From: Opitutales bacterium
Lineage (GTDB): Bacteria; Verrucomicrobiota; Verrucomicrobiia; Opitutales; Coraliomargaritaceae
Direction of reading: 5' to 3'
NCBI GenBank assembly: GCA_049606355.1
Contig: JBMYVL010000005.1
Coordinates: forward strand, 90,001-122,000
DNA: 32,000 bases
Below, piece by piece: positions 26,355-32,000 of this stretch (the first letter of the stretch is position 1; each line of letters begins with the position of its first letter). Made by a program: the position numbers and the translations under genes. The notes under the pieces are model-generated. The model was given only the letters and a program-made list of their open reading frames with translations. It searched no databases and was not told the origin of the DNA.

Positions 26355-27548
26355 TCAACCGGAGCGGGTAGGCCTGGAGGCGCTACGAAGCCCCTGCCAC
26401 AAGAGTCCGCTCAAAGCCATCCACACGATGGCCTGAAAGGAGCTGAGCCAACCAAACAGGCTCAAGCCGACACCTGTAGCTGCAGTCATCAAGCCGCAGG
26501 CGAGCACCGCTTGCGAAGGTCGGCTTTGAGCGGCGCGCGCCAAGGGGTACAAGGCTCCGGCAAAGCATGCGGCAAGAATCGATTCTAGCCCACGACTGAC
26601 CGGCGAATCGAGATGAAGCACGATTCCCAGCGGCAGGCCGCAGAGCACAGCGCGCAGGTAGTACTGCAACCAACGCTGGACCTGCTGCGGCTCAAGCCCG
26701 CGAGCAGAGGGGGACGCTTCGCCCAGTGAGGCACGACTCTGGCACCAACGACCGAAGAGTAACACCGTGAGCAGTGCGGACAAGGGCCACAAGCCCGCTC
26801 CTTCGGCATCGGCGTGAAAGAACGCACGCAACTGCCACCCCGTTAAAAGCACGATACCCAAGGCCACCAATAAATCATAATGCAGGAGACGCGCTTGCAG
26901 GGAGCGCCATGCGGGCACGATAAAATGGCTGCCGCCGACCAGTAGACTCAAGATCGCGAAACAGAGCTCCAGCAGTCGGAACAAGCCGTGCAAAGAAGGG
27001 TCGAGCGAGGTGGTGAACTGTGGTGTGGACAGCAGCAGACCGTTTAGCGCGAATATACCACACAACACCCAGCGCCAAGTTAGGGGCGACCAACGCGCCG
27101 TCACCCCCTCGCGAAACGGCGCCGCGCTGTAGCCGAACGACCGCAATTCCGCGAGGAAGGCGGCTAAATCGAACGCCCGCGGTTGCCACTGCATCCATAG
27201 GCTGCGCCCTTCAAGACTCACGCGTGCCTGCTCTGCCCCCTGCTGTCGTTTAAACAGGTGCTCCACCAGCCACGCGCAGCCCAAGCAACTCAAGCCATCC
27301 AAGCGGAGTTGGCAGCGGCACCCCTGAGCTTCGCTGGTAGCCTGCAACGCTGCAGCCCAGGCGAAGGCAGCGCGATCGACTGCAGCCGCATCGACTGGAC
27401 GGCCGGCCTCATCTCGCATCGCGTAAAAGGTCTCAAGGCCTGCCTCGCGAATGCGCTCATAAACCTGCGCGCAGCCTGCACAACAAAACTCAGCTTTCTT
27501 AGCGGTTGCGGCAAAGGTCGTACCGCAATGTTTGCAGATCTGTTTCAT
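26355..27548 (-). CDS. Membrane protein with a CcoI/FixI-type Cys-rich metal-binding N-terminus, an HMA-like domain and about 8 TM helices; lacks P-type ATPase catalytic domains
   Basis: CKHCG-x14-CCAGC (ATPase-cat_bd-like). LRLDGLSCLGCAWLVE (HMA-like CxxC). HFIVPAWRSL...YDLLVALG and LLFGRWCQSRA resemble the MB/M1/M2 helices of P1B ATPases. No DKTGT, TGE or GDGxND motifs. ATG at 27546-27548; GTG at 27590 is an alternative start. Confidence 0.65.
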   Translation of the reverse strand: MKQICKHCGTTFAATAKKAEFCCAGCAQVYERIREAGLETFYAMRDEAGRPVDAAAVDRAAFAWAAALQATSEAQGCRCQLRLDGLSCLGCAWLVEHLFKRQQGAEQARVSLEGRSLWMQWQPRAFDLAAFLAELRSFGYSAAPFREGVTARWSPLTWRWVLCGIFALNGLLLSTPQFTTSLDPSLHGLFRLLELCFAILSLLVGGSHFIVPAWRSLQARLLHYDLLVALGIVLLTGWQLRAFFHADAEGAGLWPLSALLTVLLFGRWCQSRASLGEASPSARGLEPQQVQRWLQYYLRAVLCGLPLGIVLHLDSPVSRGLESILAACFAGALYPLARAAQSRPSQAVLACGLMTAATGVGLSLFGWLSSFQAIVWMALSGLLWQGLRSASRPTRSG

Positions 27549-27595
27549 TGTCTCGCCGGTCCTCGCGCTTGCCGAAGCAAGCCCATCCACTCCGC

Positions 27596-30500
27596 TTACG
27601 ATGCATCAAAGCGCTCGATGCCCTTACGTACATCGGCGAGAAACGCAGCCGCACCGACGCCATTCACCCAGCGATGATCAAAGGTGAGCACGAGCGACAC
27701 GACTTCCATCGTCCCTCCATCCGAGGACTTCGGATCCGGTAAGGTGAAAGGCGCACCAATAAAGAGCGTCGCGACCGATGGCGGCACGACCACTGGGATC
27801 GCCGAGCGCACATGGTAAGCGCCCATACTGGAAATCGACACTGCCACGCGATTTTTGGAGGCCACTTCGCCCTGCCGGGTTGCGCGCAAGGCGGCGTTGA
27901 AAGCCTCTGGAAACTGTGCCCAGTCGAGGGTGTTGGCTTCTTTAACCACGGCCGTCTCCAAAACATCCCCCGGCAAAGCCACCGCCACGCCAAGGTCAAT
28001 CCGCTCAGGATCATGCATCAACTCACCGCCGCGGATAAACGAGGCAAAGCGCTCGTGTTTTTGCATCGCCTGAAGCACCGCCCATGCAGTCATCGTCGCA
28101 GTCGACAGGGTGCCGCCGCCGGCCTCCTTACTGCGCAGGCGCGCATCCCGCACGGCCTCCCAACGGCAGGTCATATCAATCGTCGCCGGAACGATGCCCT
28201 CCAATTGGCGAATGGCTTCCATCGAAAGCCCCGCGGACTTCTTCAAACTGGCATAATCCTGCGGGGCCGTTGTCACCGCAGGGGCTGCGGTGGCGGACTG
28301 CGTGGCAACCGAGCGGCTGACTTTTAAGATCGCGAGCTCCTGCCCGACTTTGACTTCGTCCGCTTCGGCAATTTTCCACTCCTGCAACACACCATCTGTA
28401 TCACATTCGATCGGGAAGACCGCTTTATCGGTCTCCACTTCACAGAGCGCATCATCCGCCTGGATAGGATCCCCGACTTGCTTGAGCACGGAAACAACCC
28501 GCGCCACGCGGATCCCCTCCCCTAAAATCGGCACCGTAATGACTTTTTCGCTCTCTTCCATCATTGCTTGCTCCATCGCTATCGTAGTATCAGGTGCGCC
28601 GCCCGCAGTCGGGTGTGTAACTGCTTCGACATCCAGTTTGAGTGAAGCCTGCAATGTCGAAGCGAGCAAGCGCTCGATTGCGGCCAGGATTCGTTCCTTA
28701 TCAGGTAAAGCCGCATATTCGTAAATTGGGTTGAAGCCGACATGCACATCCGCCTTCGAGACAATCACTGGTGGGCTCTTCAGGGCTTCCAGCAGGGCAC
28801 GTTCACTGCATAAGTCTGCGACAATCATCTGGCCGACGCTGGCGCTGATGTTATCTTCCTGAACGATCAGCAAACGCCCGGTCTTTTGCACGGATTCAAG
28901 CAGTGCCGCCCGATCCCACGGCGCAATCGAGCGCAGATCGATACACTCCACCGAGAGCTGAGTATCCATGCCAGCCAAGGTCTCTTCGACCAATTCCACG
29001 CAGTTCCCCCAAGTCACCAGCGTCAACAAATCCCCCTCACGCACGCGACGTGCCTTGCCGAGCGGGATCGCCTCTACCGGAGCGACCGTCGCTTGCTCGG
29101 CCCACATTAAATGCTTGGGCAGGAGAATAATCGTTGGGTCTCCACCCTGCAGGGCTGTCCAAAAAAGGCCTGCGGCATCATTGGGCGTCGACGGCACGAC
29201 GACACGGATACCGGGAATGCGCGCGAACGAAGCTTCGCCCGCCTGACTGTGCCACAGCGCACCGCCGGGCAGGTAACCGCCACAGGGCGCATAAATAACC
29301 AGTGGGCATTGCCAATTGCCAAAACTGCGCCAGCGCAGGGTCGCCATATTCGAAACAAGTTGATTCCAGCCGGGGTATATAAAATCGACAAACTGTATTT
29401 CGAAACAGGGACGTTTGCCATAGGACGCCAGCCCCACGGCCACACCCATGATGGTCGATTCCGCCAAGGGCGAATTAACCGCGCGCGACGGATCTTTCGT
29501 CGACAGCCCTTTGGTTAAATTAAACACGCCACCTTTCGGATCCGCAATATCTTCACCAAAAAAGACCACGTCGGGCAGGGTATCCATCGCGCTATGGAAC
29601 GTGCGGTTGACTGCATCCAACATCCGGCAGGAGGGCTCCAGCTCAACCGTTGGCGGAGTCGGATTGACCGGTTCGCCGACGAGGTGCAAGGTACTCTCAC
29701 TGGCGAGTGGATCGGTCGCACCGCTGGCAATTCGGTAGGCCTCGCGGACTGCTTCGCGTGTACTCGCTTCGAGCTCGGCAGCCGCCGCCTCGGTGAGCAC
29801 GCCTTCATCAATCAAGCGCTGCTGGTACAGTACGATCGGATCGCGCGCGTGCATCGCTTCCAGTTCATCGGCGGCGCGATACATGCGCTGATCATCGGCG
29901 CTCGAATGATTGGAAAAACGCTCCACATCACACCAGATAAAGGCGGGGCCCTGCCCCGCTCGTGCGCGTGCCACCGCCTCCCGGCCGGCAGCTGCCACCG
30001 CTTCGACGTCGCTACCATCCACGCGCAACCACTCACGTTGATCGAGCACGCCCAAGGCCAAGGGATTGGTCCGCTGCGTCGATGTACTGATCGCGATACG
30101 GTTGTCCTCGACGACAAAGACCACCGGCAGGCAGCGCTCTTTGGCAAAACACACCGCTTCAAAAAAATCACCCTGGCGCGCAGACGCTTCGCCCAAGGAA
30201 GCGTACACTACGTTCGACTTCCCATCGAGCTGCATCCCCCAAGCTGCCCCACAGGCAGGTAGAAGATGCACCCCGACCGGAGAGGGATGACTCCAAATAT
30301 TGAGCGCGCGATCACTGAAGTGGCCGGTCAATTGGCGGCCGCCACTGGAGGCCTCGCGCTTTGCATAAAAAGCCAAGGCCAGATCATGATCACTGAGGCC
30401 CCGCTGCAGGCAAAACGCACGATCGCGGTAATAGGGAAAGGCATAATCGTCCGGCTCCAGCTCCAGCGCAATCGCTGCCAAGGCCTCATGCCCCATGCCG

Positions 30501-30643
30501 GAGATATGGAACCAACCCTTCCCCTGCCGAATGAGACTTTGTTCGCGTAAATCACCCAGCCGGCTGCGCCAGAGTGTGTGGAGCAACGCCACGCGTTTGT
30601 CTGAGCCGAGCTGCACCGTCGCAGTTGAGTCGTTGTGTGCCAT
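27596..30643 (-). CDS. Fused 2-oxoacid dehydrogenase: E1-alpha, E1-beta, lipoyl domain and E2 acyltransferase core in one 1015-aa polypeptide
   Basis: Residues about 15-320 are E1-alpha (TPP motif [13 protein letters not shown]...[10 protein letters not shown], and FSNHSSADD). Residues about 338-662 are E1-beta ([53 protein letters not shown]). Residues about 700-775 are the lipoyl domain ([13 protein letters not shown], Lys740 codon at 28424-28426). Residues about 800-1015 are the E2 core ([18 protein letters not shown]). The ORF is uninterrupted, with ATG at 30641-30643. Confidence 0.85.
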   Translation of the reverse strand: MAHNDSTATVQLGSDKRVALLHTLWRSRLGDLREQSLIRQGKGWFHISGMGHEALAAIALELEPDDYAFPYYRDRAFCLQRGLSDHDLALAFYAKREASSGGRQLTGHFSDRALNIWSHPSPVGVHLLPACGAAWGMQLDGKSNVVYASLGEASARQGDFFEAVCFAKERCLPVVFVVEDNRIAISTSTQRTNPLALGVLDQREWLRVDGSDVEAVAAAGREAVARARAGQGPAFIWCDVERFSNHSSADDQRMYRAADELEAMHARDPIVLYQQRLIDEGVLTEAAAAELEASTREAVREAYRIASGATDPLASESTLHLVGEPVNPTPPTVELEPSCRMLDAVNRTFHSAMDTLPDVVFFGEDIADPKGGVFNLTKGLSTKDPSRAVNSPLAESTIMGVAVGLASYGKRPCFEIQFVDFIYPGWNQLVSNMATLRWRSFGNWQCPLVIYAPCGGYLPGGALWHSQAGEASFARIPGIRVVVPSTPNDAAGLFWTALQGGDPTIILLPKHLMWAEQATVAPVEAIPLGKARRVREGDLLTLVTWGNCVELVEETLAGMDTQLSVECIDLRSIAPWDRAALLESVQKTGRLLIVQEDNISASVGQMIVADLCSERALLEALKSPPVIVSKADVHVGFNPIYEYAALPDKERILAAIERLLASTLQASLKLDVEAVTHPTAGGAPDTTIAMEQAMMEESEKVITVPILGEGIRVARVVSVLKQVGDPIQADDALCEVETDKAVFPIECDTDGVLQEWKIAEADEVKVGQELAILKVSRSVATQSATAAPAVTTAPQDYASLKKSAGLSMEAIRQLEGIVPATIDMTCRWEAVRDARLRSKEAGGGTLSTATMTAWAVLQAMQKHERFASFIRGGELMHDPERIDLGVAVALPGDVLETAVVKEANTLDWAQFPEAFNAALRATRQGEVASKNRVAVSISSMGAYHVRSAIPVVVPPSVATLFIGAPFTLPDPKSSDGGTMEVVSLVLTFDHRWVNGVGAAAFLADVRKGIERFDAS

Positions 30644-30688
30644 TAGGATGAAATTGAGCAGCTGCAGAATCCGAAGCTGCGCGGTCTA

Positions 30689-30716
30689 TAAATACTCGCG
30701 CTGAATTCCCAAGCAA
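30689..30716 (-). promoter_or_regulatory. Candidate promoter for the fused dehydrogenase operon
   Basis: On the minus strand: TTGCTT (30716-30711), a 16-nt spacer, then TATTTA (30694-30689), about 45 nt upstream of the ATG and just downstream of the opcA terminator. Motif match only. Confidence 0.3.
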
Positions 30717-30733
30717 GGACGAAACCCGTACGG

Positions 30734-30769
30734 AAAATGTAAAAGCTAGGCGACGCAAGCGGCGCCTAG
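30734..30769 (-). terminator. Rho-independent terminator of the zwf-opcA unit
   Basis: Hairpin CTAGGCG.CG...CG.CGCCTAG (30746-30769, overlapping the opcA TAG stop), followed on the minus strand by CTTTTACATTTT. Confidence 0.6.
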
Positions 30770-31746
30770 AAAAACAGGGCTTCCGCCAAGGCTTGCTCCG
30801 CTGCCAGGGCTTTCACGTGTGTGGGCACGTGCTCCACATGTTGGCCAAAGTTGGCATCGATAACGCCACGAGAGGCTTCCGCCAACTTACGCCACTTGAA
30901 AAAGCGCTCGTCCACATAGGCAAACTCCAGACTCAACAGGCAGTCGCTGGCTGCATCGTCGCACGGCAGAATCTCTGTCGCGATCGCAGCAGTCTGGTCT
31001 GCTGGTGCGCACTCCCGCAGGCAATCGAGGGCCCAGTCCATTAAGCGCTGCGCCTCGCCGCGCATGCTCGGACAATGGCGAATGGTGATTCCCTGGAGCC
31101 CGGCATACAGTTGCTCACTGGAATAACCGCTCAAAAACTGGCCAATTGATTGGCGCACCGGCAACAGGCGCGCCTTGGCAAGGTCATGCACGCGTCCCGG
31201 TTCAGGCCAGTCGAGTTGCTCCAAGGCGGCGGACTCTAAACTGCTGTCGTAGACGCAGCGCCGCACGCCCACCAAGAGATTGTTGAAATACTTCTCGATA
31301 CGGTGCGCGGGGACTTCGCTGAACCAATGGTAGGTCGGCAAGTCGCCCTCCAGCCAGACCGATACCTGATTGGAGAGATAGCCGAAATCCTCGGGCTTAT
31401 AGCGGAGCAACAGTGCTTCACAGCAGCACATTTCCCGATGCGAATCACCAATGTAACACTGGCTAAAAAGCTTCGCGGTCATCGACCCATCCTCGATCGC
31501 ATGGCTGGGGCATAGCACGATAATGCGACTCGGGTAGCGCTGGGCAAAGCGAATGAGCGCATCAAAGCGCGCCCGCGCCGCCTCGGGAGCCACCTCTGCA
31601 CCAAAATGCAGGACCACGTTCATTTGCGAGGCGCGAAACTCGGTGGGCGCATCGGTGGTATCGGTCGCCCACATCGCCGCCAGACGCTCGGTCACCTCAC
31701 GCACAGGGAGTTCAATCCCCGGCAGCACATCGATCAGTTCAGACAT
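30766..31746 (-). CDS. opcA: Glucose-6-phosphate dehydrogenase assembly protein OpcA-like
   Basis: Starts 24 nt downstream of the zwf stop on the same strand. Motifs resemble actinobacterial and cyanobacterial OpcA: ASQMNVVLH, YPSRIIVL, EGDLPTYHWF. The call rests on context plus motifs. Confidence 0.6.
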   Translation of the reverse strand: MSELIDVLPGIELPVREVTERLAAMWATDTTDAPTEFRASQMNVVLHFGAEVAPEAARARFDALIRFAQRYPSRIIVLCPSHAIEDGSMTAKLFSQCYIGDSHREMCCCEALLLRYKPEDFGYLSNQVSVWLEGDLPTYHWFSEVPAHRIEKYFNNLLVGVRRCVYDSSLESAALEQLDWPEPGRVHDLAKARLLPVRQSIGQFLSGYSSEQLYAGLQGITIRHCPSMRGEAQRLMDWALDCLRECAPADQTAAIATEILPCDDAASDCLLSLEFAYVDERFFKWRKLAEASRGVIDANFGQHVEHVPTHVKALAAEQALAEALFF

Positions 31747-31770
31747 GTTCCGTAGTTCAGCGCGTCAGTT

Positions 31771-32000
31771 TCAGCCGGAGCGGCGCCATTGGTGGCCACC
31801 CTCCTCGAGTAATTGCTCACTTGCCTCGGGCCCCCAGGAGCCGGCGGCATATTCTTCGAGCCCCTCGGCACCACTGGCGGCCCAGTAATCAAGGATCGGC
31901 GTGATCAATTTCCAGGAGGCCTCCGTCTCATCGCCGCGAATGAATAAAGTACTATCGCCGACCATTGCGTCCAGAATCAGACGCTCGTAAGCCTCCGGTG
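31771..32000 (-). CDS. zwf: Glucose-6-phosphate 1-dehydrogenase, C-terminal end (5' part outside window)
   Basis: The frame is open to the window edge. ...PEAYERLILDAMVGDSTLFIRGDETEASWKLITPILDYW...YAAGSWGPEAS is the conserved G6PD C-terminus. Confidence 0.9.
   Translation of the reverse strand, partial: PEAYERLILDAMVGDSTLFIRGDETEASWKLITPILDYWAASGAEGLEEYAAGSWGPEASEQLLEEGGHQWRRSG

Noticed and set aside
29594-30262. A 222-aa plus-strand ORF, along with several others in 27812-30550.
   Set aside because: All are antisense to the E1/E2 fusion ORF, which has continuous family motifs in the opposite frame. They are shadow ORFs.

Overview
This is a gene-dense chromosomal segment with about 39 protein-coding genes, one tRNA, and intergenic gaps mostly under 130 nt. 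It comes from a moderately GC-rich bacterium. The gene content (DUF1573, MauE/DoxX, a SMUG1-type UDG, zwf-opcA, a fused E1 dehydrogenase) suggests the PVC group or Verrucomicrobiota, but that is a low-confidence inference. I saw no transposase, integrase, CRISPR array, rRNA or long repeat.

Most genes are housekeeping:
- miaA and tRNA-Asp(GTC)
- panD, a Fur-family regulator and a BtuF-like binding protein
- a tightly overlapping folate operon (pabB-pabC-folP-folB-folK), followed on the same strand by an Rdx/SelW-like gene and a SMUG1-like uracil-DNA glycosylase
- an LptF/G-type permease, pyrE, yjbQ, an NtrC-type sigma-54 activator, and folE2 plus a Nudix gene
- an MBL-fold hydrolase, pyk, and the end of zwf plus opcA

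Loci worth a second look:
1. A 1015-aa single ORF fuses E1-alpha, E1-beta, a lipoyl domain and an E2 acyltransferase core, with no recognisable E3/E1-binding domain. Directly downstream is a membrane protein that looks like a P1B (CcoI/FixI-type) ATPase stripped of all its cytoplasmic catalytic domains.
2. A translationally coupled DUF3817-GtrA-sulfotransferase-GT4-DUF2334 module ends in an orphan RloB-like Toprim protein.
3. A rhodanese-MauE/DoxX-DUF1573 trio carries Cys-rich motifs in all three proteins (CGC in two of them).
4. A 6TM Kv-type channel with a C-terminal zinc ribbon sits in an operon with two small unknown proteins.

All family assignments come from reading motifs in the supplied translations. 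No database search was possible, so each needs HMM or BLAST confirmation.
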